Assembly (NCBI GenBank): GCA_049644325.1
Contig: JBARRR010000041.1
Span: forward strand, 11,929 to 75,928
Length of the DNA stretch: 64,000 nt
Direction: 5' to 3'
DNA from: Candidatus Dormiibacterota bacterium
Lineage (GTDB): Bacteria > Chloroflexota > Dormibacteria > DASZGP01
The notes below the pieces were generated by a model, which was not told the origin of the DNA, did not search any database, and saw only the letters and a program-made list of their open reading frames with translations. This document shows positions 37,560 through 46,043 of the stretch, piece after piece. Each line of letters begins with the position of its first letter. Position 1 is the first letter of the stretch. The position numbers were made by a program, and so were the translations under genes.

Positions 37560-38021
37560 ATGAGCGAAGCGCACGTTTCCCACCACTTGAAGCGGAACCC
37601 GCTGTTCCTGGGCGCCATCGCGTTGATGGTCTTCGCCCCCTCGCTGATCACCTTCTACATGCCGTCGCTGATCGTCGGCCTGGCGGACGCCGTCTGGCTG
37701 GGAGGCGGCTGGCTGGTCGGGGTGCTGGCGGTCCTGATCGGGGACGAAGCCCTCCACCACGAGGAGAAAAAGGTGCTGGGGGAGGCGAGGATGCACGCCC
37801 TCTTTCTCAGATTGATCCACAACCCGATGTTCCTGCTCGAGACCGCGATCATCGTCATCGCCCCACCGGCAATCGCCTTCTTCGCGCCCCAGGCGCTGCC
37901 TGGCACCCCGGACTGGCTCTGGCTGATCGTGGCCCTCGTGATCGCCGCCGCGGCCGCGTTTGGCCTCTACAGCGTCCTGACCTCAGAAGAAGAGCACGTC
38001 GTCCACCCCGCGACCGTCTAA
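37560..38021 (+). CDS. hypothetical membrane protein
   Basis: 153 aa with four predicted TM helices. Confidence 0.45.
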   Translation: MSEAHVSHHLKRNPLFLGAIALMVFAPSLITFYMPSLIVGLADAVWLGGGWLVGVLAVLIGDEALHHEEKKVLGEARMHALFLRLIHNPMFLLETAIIVIAPPAIAFFAPQALPGTPDWLWLIVALVIAAAAAFGLYSVLTSEEEHVVHPATV

Positions 38022-38047
38022 GCGCGCTCAGCGCCGGGAGCGGGGCC

Positions 38048-38809
38048 TCAGGTGCAGGCCGGGATGGTCACACCGGTGTCGTAGACGAAGCCGGTGTCGG
38101 TGGTGGTCCGCTCGTACTTGACGGCGTTCTCGGTCCCGGTCTGGTGATCGAGCCGCTTCTCGATCTTGCCCGACCGGGAGTCGATCCAGACCTCGGTGGT
38201 GTTGACGTCGACCTTGATGTTGTTGGGGTTGGGTCCGGTGATGGCCTGGCTCACGTCGCTCATCAGGTGCCACGCCTTATGACCGCTGAGGTCGACGTCG
38301 TCGAGGAATTTCCAATTGAGGCCGGCCGTGACCAGGCCACTGAACGGATCCGCAAAGTCGGGCGTGAGCTTCTGGTTGGGGAAGCGCTGAGCTGGGCTTC
38401 CCTCCGGCCTGGTGCAGAAGACGTTGTTGGCGCCGTTCAGGATGGTTTCGAACTTCTTGCCAGCGTTGTCGGTGCTCTGGTTGTAGACCACCATCGGGCT
38501 CTTGGTTCCCGAAACCTGCGTGACCGAGTCGATCTTGGGGATGGTCGCGCTGCTGTAGGTATAGGTCAGCGTGTACTTGACGTCCTTGAAGTTGGCCGTG
38601 CGCCCGACGGCGTCGCTGACGGCCTGTTTGCCGTCGGTTGGTTTGCTGATCCCTGAGGCGCCCGCGCCACCGCCGGAGGCCGTCGAGCCCGATGAGGCGA
38701 ACGGTCCGACCTTGGCGACCGCGGCGCCGCCCACGCCGAGCAGGAGCACCAGGACAACTATCCCGACACCGACCACGATCCTGGACACGCCAGATTGGCG
38801 TCCGCGCAT
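38048..38809 (-). CDS. secreted/membrane-anchored hypothetical protein
   Basis: N-terminal TM/signal 'IVVGVGIVVLVLLLGVGGAAVA', a Gly/Ser-rich linker, and a single Cys pair (C..C) in the mature domain. Confidence 0.5.
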   Translation of the reverse strand: MRGRQSGVSRIVVGVGIVVLVLLLGVGGAAVAKVGPFASSGSTASGGGAGASGISKPTDGKQAVSDAVGRTANFKDVKYTLTYTYSSATIPKIDSVTQVSGTKSPMVVYNQSTDNAGKKFETILNGANNVFCTRPEGSPAQRFPNQKLTPDFADPFSGLVTAGLNWKFLDDVDLSGHKAWHLMSDVSQAITGPNPNNIKVDVNTTEVWIDSRSGKIEKRLDHQTGTENAVKYERTTTDTGFVYDTGVTIPACT

Positions 38810-38888
38810 ATGAGCCCTCCCTGAGTGACGTCAGTCTAGGGTTGCACCTGGCCTTTGGAGAACGGTTGCTTACGTATCTTTACCTGAC

Positions 38889-39449
38889 ATGAGCAGCAGA
38901 CCGCCTGACATCGACTTTCGCCCCATCGGGCCCGAGCACTTCCACATGCTGTGGGAGTGGACGCGGCGGCCCCATGTCGAGCCGTGGTGGGCCCACTGGA
39001 TGCCGGACAACCAGGTCGATGCCACCAAGGAATGGGCAGCACAGGTCGAGGGCACATCGGCCGAGCGCGGGTTCCTGATCACGCTCGATGGCGCTGAGAT
39101 CGGGTACATCCAGTCATATCGACTGAACGACGAAGCCGAGATGCGCGATACCATCGCGCTCGGCGAAGACGCGGTCGCCGCCGACCTCTACATCGCCGAG
39201 CCCGACCTCATCGGCCAGGGCCTGGGCCCAGCAATCGTCGGCCGCTTCTACCTGCGGATGATGGACGAGACCGGGCTGGAGGTCGGCATCATCGACCCCG
39301 AGGTCAACAACCACAGCGCTATCCGGGCGTACGAGAAGGCCGGCTTCACGGCGCTTCGTGTCGTCCACTACCCGGACTCCAGGGAAGGCGACTACATCAT
39401 GCGAGCCACCCGCGCGGACATCGAACGCGCCCTGGGTCCGACGCTCTAG
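38889..39449 (+). CDS. GNAT-family N-acetyltransferase (Acetyltransf_8-like)
   Basis: 'IGQGLGPAIV' acetyl-CoA-binding loop and 'NHSAIRAYEKAGF'. Confidence 0.7.
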   Translation: MSSRPPDIDFRPIGPEHFHMLWEWTRRPHVEPWWAHWMPDNQVDATKEWAAQVEGTSAERGFLITLDGAEIGYIQSYRLNDEAEMRDTIALGEDAVAADLYIAEPDLIGQGLGPAIVGRFYLRMMDETGLEVGIIDPEVNNHSAIRAYEKAGFTALRVVHYPDSREGDYIMRATRADIERALGPTL

Positions 39450-39464
39450 CCGTATCTTCTGGGC

Positions 39465-40532
39465 ATGGCCAGGACTCGTAAGCCTCGCGCCCGGCGGCCC
39501 TACAGCAGTGGCGCCACGGAGATGGACCTGCGCCTTCGCGCCCTGGTCGAAGAGATCGGGCCGGAGGACCCGCAGCTGACTTTTGAGATGCTGGCCACGG
39601 TTCTGCGGGCCGCCAACGAGCCAATCGGCAAGCTGGACCGCAAGATGATCAACGTCGCCCTCAAAGAGATGCGATATGCCTTCGCGGTCTTCGCTCGCTA
39701 TCGCGACCGGCGCAAGGTCACCATATTCGGCTCGGCGCGGGTGGAGGAGGGGGATCCCAACTACGAGGTCGCCAAGGAGTTCGGCCGCCTGATAGCACAG
39801 CAGCAGTGGATGGTGGTCACGGGGGCGGGCCCCGGGATCATGCAGGCCGGCAACGAGGGCGCCGGCCAGGAACAGTCGTTCGGGGTCAACATCGTGCTGC
39901 CGTTCGAGAACCCGGCCAACCAATACATCGCCGGCGATCCCAAGCTGATCAACTTCAAGTACTTCTTCACTCGGAAGCTGATGTTCATCAAGGAGGCGGA
40001 CGCCTTCGTCCTATGTCCCGGTGGGTTCGGCACCATGGACGAGCTGTTCGAGCTGCTGACGTTGGAGCAGACGGGCAAGAGCGACCTGCACCCGATCGTG
40101 ATGCTGCAGGCGCCGGGCTTCGGCTACTGGGAGGAATTCGACCGGCACATCCGCGACAACATCATCAGCCGCGGCTATGCCGAGGCGGCCGATGCCGACC
40201 TGTACCACATCACCGACAACGCCTCGGACGCGGTGCGCCACATCCAGGAGTTCTACCGCGTCTACCACTCCCAGCGATGGGTCGGCGACAAGCTCATCCT
40301 CCGCCTGGCGCTGGCCCCCGACGAGGCGGTGCTACGCAAGCTCTCCGAAGAGTTCTCCGGCATCCTGCGCGGACCGGTCCGGGCGGTGAGTGCATCCCCG
40401 GCCGAGATCCGCGATGACGACCTCCCCGACCTGCCGCGGATCCAGCTGGCCTTCGACCGGATCCACTATGGGCGGCTGCGCCAGTTCATCAGCCGGCTCA
40501 ACCAGCTGGCCGGGGGTGCTCCTGCGAACTAG
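39465..40532 (+). CDS. LOG-family protein (TIGR00730; nucleotide 5'-monophosphate nucleosidase-like), long form
   Basis: 'PGGFGTMDELFE' LOG signature and a 'TGAGPGIM' Rossmann loop, plus N- and C-terminal extensions of about 100 aa each. Confidence 0.75.
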   Translation: MARTRKPRARRPYSSGATEMDLRLRALVEEIGPEDPQLTFEMLATVLRAANEPIGKLDRKMINVALKEMRYAFAVFARYRDRRKVTIFGSARVEEGDPNYEVAKEFGRLIAQQQWMVVTGAGPGIMQAGNEGAGQEQSFGVNIVLPFENPANQYIAGDPKLINFKYFFTRKLMFIKEADAFVLCPGGFGTMDELFELLTLEQTGKSDLHPIVMLQAPGFGYWEEFDRHIRDNIISRGYAEAADADLYHITDNASDAVRHIQEFYRVYHSQRWVGDKLILRLALAPDEAVLRKLSEEFSGILRGPVRAVSASPAEIRDDDLPDLPRIQLAFDRIHYGRLRQFISRLNQLAGGAPAN

Positions 40533-40539
40533 GCCGGCT

Positions 40540-41259
40540 CTACTCGTTGTCGCCCGGTCGGGTGAACTGGATCTCGGGCACGACGCACTGAGGTGAGGTG
40601 GTCAGCAGCCAGCGAACGGCGCCGGCCACGTCCTCGGGCTGGATCATGTCGCTGGGCGGCACCTGGTCGCGGATCCAGGCTGTCATCTCAGTGTCGACGA
40701 ACCCGGGACAGAGAGCGCAGGACTTGATGCCGAGGTGCCCCAGCTCCTTGTTCATCGCCTGGGTGAATGCGACCACGCCCGCCTTGGTGGCGGAGTAGAC
40801 AGAGACCAGCGCCGCCGGCCGCTTGGCGGCGATCGACGCGATGTTGATGACGTGGGCGTTGTGGTGCTCCTCGGCGGCGGCGCGGAGCATGGGGGTGGCT
40901 TCGCGGTAGAACTGGACCACCGCGCGCAGGTTGACGGCCAGCACCAGGTCGACGTACTTGTCGATCTGCTCTTCGATCGGCCGGCCATCACCGACTCCAG
41001 CGTTGTTGACCAGCACGTCCAGGCGCCCGTAAGCCTCCTTGTGGCGCGCCACCACCTCGACCGGCGCCTCGGGGTCGCGCAGGTTGAGGGCCAACTCCTG
41101 GACGTCGTGTCCCTTGTTGCGCAGAGTCTTGCCCGCGGCTTCAAGTTTGTCAGGCCGCCGCGCCACCATGGTGACGGCGTGACCGGTCTCGGCCAGCGTG
41201 CGGGCGATGGCGAAGCCCATCCCGCTCGAGGCCCCGGTGACGATGGCGGCCCGATCCAT
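40540..41259 (-). CDS. SDR-family short-chain dehydrogenase
   Basis: 'IVTGASSGMG' and 'NNAG' motifs with a YxxxK region. The start is taken at internal Met 'MDRAAIVTG'. Confidence 0.8.
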   Translation of the reverse strand: MDRAAIVTGASSGMGFAIARTLAETGHAVTMVARRPDKLEAAGKTLRNKGHDVQELALNLRDPEAPVEVVARHKEAYGRLDVLVNNAGVGDGRPIEEQIDKYVDLVLAVNLRAVVQFYREATPMLRAAAEEHHNAHVINIASIAAKRPAALVSVYSATKAGVVAFTQAMNKELGHLGIKSCALCPGFVDTEMTAWIRDQVPPSDMIQPEDVAGAVRWLLTTSPQCVVPEIQFTRPGDNE

Positions 41260-41341
41260 GGCCGAACAGCTTAGGACAAACCAGTCGTCTGGCGAAGCCA
41301 CTCCACCGCCGGGGGCGCAACCCTGCGGGTAGGATTCGTCC

Positions 41342-41815
41342 ATGGCGCGCGACCCTGACGGCTACGGATACGACCCCAATGAGGACCCCATCGAACGGCT
41401 CCTGGGAGACCTGCGCACGCTGTCGCCCGCGGGCATCGAACGGATGGCCTGGGGCTGGGACCAGCGCGAGACTGGCGAGGCCTACGTTCGCTTCCACGAG
41501 GCCGAGAAGGCGGCGCTCCGCCTGATCGAGGAGCAGCGTCGTGCTGAAAGCTGGGAGGAGCTCAGGCGCAAGGTGCTGGACATGACCGAGGGCCGGAGCT
41601 CCCTGGTGGCATGGCGGGCCGAGCACGGCGACGTCGGGCACAAGGCTGAGGCCGCGGCCCTGGCCGCGGCGCTGGCCCTGTACGCCCGCGAAGGCCTTGC
41701 CGACGAACACCGCCGGGTCCTGCTGGCGGCGGCCGCCGAGGCGCTACCCTGGCTGCTGCCAGACCTGCCGCCCGACCGTTACGAAGAGCCCGAGCCGCAG
41801 GCGGCCGAAGAGTAG
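41342..41815 (+). CDS. hypothetical protein
   Basis: 157-aa acidic, helical ORF. Confidence 0.35.
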   Translation: MARDPDGYGYDPNEDPIERLLGDLRTLSPAGIERMAWGWDQRETGEAYVRFHEAEKAALRLIEEQRRAESWEELRRKVLDMTEGRSSLVAWRAEHGDVGHKAEAAALAAALALYAREGLADEHRRVLLAAAAEALPWLLPDLPPDRYEEPEPQAAEE

Positions 41816-41833
41816 GCCCCACCGACCAGGCCT

Positions 41834-42244
41834 GTGGCCAATCCCCGAGAGATCCTCGAGTACGCGCGGACGATCGCGGTCGTGGGGGCTTCCGCCTACC
41901 CCGAGAAGGCCGCGCACTCCGTGCCGCGGCGGATGCTGCGCGCCGGCTACAAGATCATCCCGGTGAACCCCAATTCGCCCGTGGTCCTGGGCATGGAGGC
42001 CTACCCCGACCTGGCGTCGGTGCCCGACGTCATAGACCTGGTCGACGTCTTCCGGCCCTCAGCCGAGGCGGCGGATGTCGCCCGCCAGGCGGTGGCGGTG
42101 GGGGCACGGGCGATCTGGCTGCAACAGGGGATCGTATCGGCGGAGGCCCGCCGGATCGCCGAAGCCGCCGGGATGGACTACGTCGAGGACCGCTGCCTGG
42201 CGGTTGAGTACGCGCTCAGCGGCCTCGGCCGTCCGCCTGCCTAG
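41834..42244 (+). CDS. CoA-binding domain protein (YccU-like)
   Basis: 'IAVVGAS...PVNP...DLVDVFRP' is the typical CoA_binding_2 pattern. Confidence 0.75.
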   Translation: MANPREILEYARTIAVVGASAYPEKAAHSVPRRMLRAGYKIIPVNPNSPVVLGMEAYPDLASVPDVIDLVDVFRPSAEAADVARQAVAVGARAIWLQQGIVSAEARRIAEAAGMDYVEDRCLAVEYALSGLGRPPA

Positions 42245-42843
42245 GGCTCGGCTTTAGCCGCGCCTGCCGGCTCCGTGATGGCGCCGCGGCCGCGACGCAG
42301 GCGCGGTATCCCGGGCAGCCGCTGCGCCATCGCCCCCAGGGCGCGCAGCTCGTTGGCCAGGTCCTCGATGCTGTGCAGGCTGCCGTTCATCTCCTCGATG
42401 ACGACGGCCAGGCGATCCAGGCTGGCCAGCGTGCGCCGCGCCCCCTCGATGCCGATCTCGCTCTGGACCTGCTCCAGCAGCTCCGCCGCCCGCTCCGCAG
42501 ACGCGGCTAGGTGATCGAGACGTTCGGCGTCGATGCGGTCCAGGATCTCCGACGCCCGTTCCGCCGATGCAGCCAGGCGGTCGAGCCGGTCGGCGTCGAT
42601 GCGGTCCATGATCTCCGCCGCCCGGTCAGCGGACTTGGCCAGTCGGTCCATCGCGTAGGCCACCGCGTCAAGGCCCGAGAGGTGGATCGCCGCCTCCAGG
42701 GGGCTGCGCAGCAGGCCGACGAGGCCGCCTGACGTCGGTGCAGCCGGCTCGACTATGAACTCCTCAATCGGCGGCGCGCTCGCGGCGCGGCGGACCTGGC
42801 GGGCCGGCGGCGACTTCCTGGTGGTGGCCACGGCGCCCAGCAT
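42241..42843 (-). CDS. coiled-coil protein with three 22-aa tandem repeats
   Basis: Repeats 'AERA(A/S)E(I/L)LDRIDA(E/D)RLD(H/R)LAAS' are encoded by 66-bp DNA repeats. The start is taken at Met 'MLGAVATT'. Confidence 0.45.
   Translation of the reverse strand: MLGAVATTRKSPPARQVRRAASAPPIEEFIVEPAAPTSGGLVGLLRSPLEAAIHLSGLDAVAYAMDRLAKSADRAAEIMDRIDADRLDRLAASAERASEILDRIDAERLDHLAASAERAAELLEQVQSEIGIEGARRTLASLDRLAVVIEEMNGSLHSIEDLANELRALGAMAQRLPGIPRLRRGRGAITEPAGAAKAEP
42478..42650. repeat. about 2.6 copies of a 66-bp tandem repeat inside the coiled-coil gene
   Basis: 'tctccg(a/c)cgcccg...gtcgatgcggtcca(g/t)ga' units are visible directly in the sequence. Confidence 0.7.
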
Positions 42844-42864
42844 ACCCCGCAGGCCCAGGTCGGC

Positions 42865-43344
42865 ATGAGTGTGGACAATAGGCGGGTGCGCATCTCCGTC
42901 AAGGCTGACTACGCCATCCGCGCCGCCGCCGAGCTCGCCGCACTGGGAAGCGACGGCCCCATCAAGGCCCAGCAGATCGCCACCGCCGAGGACATCCCCC
43001 TCAAGTTCCTGCTCAACATCCTTGGCGACCTCAAGCGGGCGGGGCTGGTGCGCGCCTCGCGCGGGGTGCACGGCGGCTATCTCCTGGGCCGCCCGGCGGC
43101 CGACATCACCCTCGCCGAGATCATTCGTGCGGTCGAGGGCCCCCTGGCCAACGTCCACGAATCCCGCCCCGAGGAGCTGGTCTACGGCGGCCCCAGCGAG
43201 TCGCTCCGGGACGTCTGGATCGCGGTCCGGGCCAGCCTGAGCTCGGTGCTGGAGCAGGTTACCGTCGCCGACCTGGCCACTGGAAGCCTGCCGGCATCCG
43301 TCACGGCGCTGTCCGAGGCGCCGGACGCCTGGGTCTCCCACTGA
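42865..43344 (+). CDS. Rrf2-family transcriptional regulator
   Basis: N-terminal wHTH 'DYAIRAAAELA...QQIA....IP..FLLNIL..L..AGLV.S.RG..GGY.L'. No Cys cluster is present, so it is probably a non-Fe-S Rrf2. Confidence 0.8.
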   Translation: MSVDNRRVRISVKADYAIRAAAELAALGSDGPIKAQQIATAEDIPLKFLLNILGDLKRAGLVRASRGVHGGYLLGRPAADITLAEIIRAVEGPLANVHESRPEELVYGGPSESLRDVWIAVRASLSSVLEQVTVADLATGSLPASVTALSEAPDAWVSH

Positions 43345-43355
43345 CCCGGAGCCTC

Positions 43356-43919
43356 GTCGCCGGCGCGGTTGCCGTGTTCGTGCTGGCGGCCTGCGGCGAC
43401 ACCGGCTCCGGCGGCGCCACGGCGCCGGCCACCAGCCAGGCGTCACCACTGCCCCCCCTCTCGGTCACCAGTGCCGACCTCGCCGGCGGGACATTCCCAA
43501 AGGAGCTGACCTGCGATGGGGCCAGCCGCGCCCCGGTCATCAGCCTGGCCGGGATCCCCGCGGCCACGCAGTCAGTGGCGATCGAGGTCCTGGACCCGGA
43601 CGCCCCCTCCGGCAACTTCACCCACTGGCTGGCCTTCAGCGACGGCGCCGCCGCGGCCACGATCGCGACGTTCCCACCGGCAGGCTCGGTCGAGGGCCAC
43701 AACGACGCCGGTGGCACCGGGTACACCGGGCCCTGTCCGCCCCAGGGCCCGCCGCACCACTACCACGTGATGGTGTTCGCGCTCGGCTTCAGCCTGGGCA
43801 AGGATGGCGCCGGGCTGACCGGCGGCTTCAGCCGCACGCAGCTCGAGGATGCCATTAAGTCCAACCGCGGACCCCTCCTGGCCCGTGGCGACCTGGTCGC
43901 CACCTACGCCAGGGCATAG
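43356..43919 (+). CDS. YbhB/YbcL-family PEBP (Raf kinase inhibitor-like) lipoprotein
   Basis: Lipobox 'LAAC' and a PEBP core ('DPDAPSG...HW', 'GPCPP.GPPHHY'). Confidence 0.75.
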   Translation, partial: VAGAVAVFVLAACGDTGSGGATAPATSQASPLPPLSVTSADLAGGTFPKELTCDGASRAPVISLAGIPAATQSVAIEVLDPDAPSGNFTHWLAFSDGAAAATIATFPPAGSVEGHNDAGGTGYTGPCPPQGPPHHYHVMVFALGFSLGKDGAGLTGGFSRTQLEDAIKSNRGPLLARGDLVATYARA

Positions 43920-43931
43920 CCGACCGAGGGC

Positions 43932-44777
43932 CTAGCCCAGGTCGCGCTGCATCCCCTCGAAGGCCAGCACCGGCGCGGTGCCGCCGGATCCCCAGAGCCG
44001 GCGCGCCTCCGTTTCCAGCAGCTCCAATTCGGCATCGCTGTGGAAGGGGTCGTGGTGGAAGAGGACCAGCTCGCGGGCCTGGGCTCGCTTGGCCAGGGTC
44101 ACCACCTGGTCGATGCTGGAGTGGCCCCACCCGACGTGGTCGACATACTCGGCCACGGTGTACTGCGCGTCGTGGAGAAGGATGTCGGCCTGCGAAGCCA
44201 GGCGGAACCCCGAGATCCAGTCCTGCTCCATGCTCTCCAGGTCAATGCCCACCGACGGCTCGTGGTCGGGGATGTAGGTGAGAGCCCGGCCGTTCTCCTC
44301 GATGCGATAGCCGAGGGTCGGCCCCTGGTGCGAGACGGGGTCGGCAAGGACCCGGGCTGAACCGATCTCCCACGAGGCTTCGGGGACGTCGTGGAGGGTG
44401 ACCTCGGCGGCCAGGTCGGAGAGCTGGACGGGGAACAGGGGAGGGGACAGGTACTTGGAGATGCGGGCCTCCAGCGTCTCCACCGGCGACGGCGGGCCCC
44501 ACATATGGACCTTGATCCCAGGCATGAACAGCGGCCGGAAGAAGCCGAGGCCGACGAGGTGGTCGAGATGGAGGTGGGATAGGAGCACGTGGATCTCCGC
44601 GGGTTTTTCCAGGGCCAGCTTGGCCCCGAGGGCCCTGATGCCGGTGCCCGCGTCCAGGACCAATGGGGTGCCATCGGACAGCCGGACCTCGACGCAGGGC
44701 GTGTTGCCGCCATAGCGCACGGTGTCCGGACCGGGTGCCGCCAATGAGCCGCGGCAGCCCCAAACGGTTACCAGCAT
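43932..44777 (-). CDS. MBL-fold metallo-hydrolase
   Basis: 'HLHLDH' zinc motif and downstream His/Asp ligands. Confidence 0.75.
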   Translation of the reverse strand: MLVTVWGCRGSLAAPGPDTVRYGGNTPCVEVRLSDGTPLVLDAGTGIRALGAKLALEKPAEIHVLLSHLHLDHLVGLGFFRPLFMPGIKVHMWGPPSPVETLEARISKYLSPPLFPVQLSDLAAEVTLHDVPEASWEIGSARVLADPVSHQGPTLGYRIEENGRALTYIPDHEPSVGIDLESMEQDWISGFRLASQADILLHDAQYTVAEYVDHVGWGHSSIDQVVTLAKRAQARELVLFHHDPFHSDAELELLETEARRLWGSGGTAPVLAFEGMQRDLG

Positions 44778-44793
44778 CCCCTGTGCGCCGTCC

Positions 44794-45222
44794 TCAGTCC
44801 TGCTGCGTATCCCAGAAGATCGACACCGCCCCGGCGAGCTTGTCGCTGTTGCCGATCAGCGGGTACGAGGTGGCCTCGATCTTGTGAGTCTTACCGTCGA
44901 ACCCGGTGATGACGAATGCCCGATGGTTGGGCTTGCGCTGCGTGAGGGCGATCACCAGAGGCAGCTCGTCGTATGGAACCGGCGAGCCGTCGGTCTCTGA
45001 GGGCGAGATCGTGGCCCTCCAGTTCTCGGCTTCGAGCTCGCCGGATTTGCGGAAGGCCTGGCCCAGGAGCTTCTCAGCGGCCTCGTTGTAGAAGACCATC
45101 TTGCCCCACGGATCGGTGATCAAGATGGGGGTGGCGACGTTGGCGGCGAGCTCCCGCGCCAGGATCAGGATGAGGCTCTTCTGGCCCCGGTTCTCCACCT
45201 CCATGGGCGCCCAATCTAACAC
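44794..45222 (-). CDS. PAS domain protein
   Basis: 142 aa with PAS-fold-like spacing ('ILITDPWGKMVFYNEAAEKLLG'). Confidence 0.55.
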   Translation of the reverse strand: MLDWAPMEVENRGQKSLILILARELAANVATPILITDPWGKMVFYNEAAEKLLGQAFRKSGELEAENWRATISPSETDGSPVPYDELPLVIALTQRKPNHRAFVITGFDGKTHKIEATSYPLIGNSDKLAGAVSIFWDTQQD

Positions 45223-45248
45223 GGTTACTGAAGCTGAACTGTGCCGTC

Positions 45249-45440
45249 CTACGTGGAGATCCGGTTCACCAGGGCGGCGATCTTACGCAGCACCTGCTCC
45301 GCCTCGTCGATCGCGTCGAGGACCTCTGGGGCGCCACGCCCGCTGCCCAGCAGCTCGCCAAGGGCGCGGTTGAGGCGCGAGTCGGTGAGCCGGCGCTGGC
45401 GCATCAGCGCCTCGAGCTCGACCTCTTCAGCCTCGTTCAC
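45249..45440 (-). CDS. small hypothetical protein
   Basis: 63-aa ORF lying between the cNMP-binding and PAS genes on the same strand. Confidence 0.3.
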   Translation of the reverse strand: MNEAEEVELEALMRQRRLTDSRLNRALGELLGSGRGAPEVLDAIDEAEQVLRKIAALVNRIST

Positions 45441-45480
45441 GTCCAGCCTGGGGCATCAGGGCGCGCCGCGCCCCCCGCGA

Positions 45481-45951
45481 TCAGGACCCGGCGTCGGTGG
45501 CGAGGGCCTGGTAGCGCATCAAGACGCGCTCCAGGATGCGGAATGTGACCTTGGGGAACGCTTCCAGGAACGGCCGGAAGTTGCTGTCCGTGAGCCGCAG
45601 CACCCAGAGAGGCTCCGCCGTGGTCACCGACGCCGTCCGGGGCCCGCCATTGAGGGAGGTCACCTCGCCGAAGAAGTCGCCCTGCTTGAGGGTGGCGATC
45701 TCCTTGCCGTGCATGTTGACCACCGCCGAGCCGTCGAGCACCACGAAGAAGAAGCCCATGCCCTCCTCGCCTTCCTTGAGGATGGTCGTGTTGCCGGGAA
45801 AGTGGTCCTCGTCCATCCGGTCGGCGGCCGCGACCAGCTCCGCCTGGGACATGTCCTCGAACAGGCGGCACTGGGCGAGGTTGGCGATCAGCTCGGCTCC
45901 TTCGGCCATGACTCCCTCCTTGGCTGTAAGTCGAGTGATAGTAAACCCCAT
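45481..45951 (-). CDS. cyclic nucleotide-binding domain protein
   Basis: The 'GDFFGEVTSLNGGPRTASV' cNMP-binding phosphate-binding cassette is recognisable. Confidence 0.7.
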   Translation of the reverse strand: MGFTITRLTAKEGVMAEGAELIANLAQCRLFEDMSQAELVAAADRMDEDHFPGNTTILKEGEEGMGFFFVVLDGSAVVNMHGKEIATLKQGDFFGEVTSLNGGPRTASVTTAEPLWVLRLTDSNFRPFLEAFPKVTFRILERVLMRYQALATDAGS

Positions 45952-45969
45952 CCGGTAGGCTCTTTGCGT

Positions 45970-45999
45970 TTGACAGCCCGCCGGGGGCTTGCTTAGATG
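45970..45999 (+). promoter_or_regulatory. candidate sigma70-type promoter (TTGACA-18 bp-TAGATG) upstream of the carboxypeptidase gene
   Basis: Sequence motifs only; this is not validated. Confidence 0.25.
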
Positions 46000-46043
46000 G
46001 GGGCCACTTGCAACAGCGCAGACCCACGGCTCGCGCCTCCACG

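Noticed and set aside
35605-38656. Plus-strand ORFs 35605-37056 and 37400-38656 (483 and 418 aa)
   Set aside because: They are antisense to the PHP/CehA hydrolase and the secreted-protein genes respectively. Their sequences are Gly/Arg/Asp/Val-rich shadow frames.
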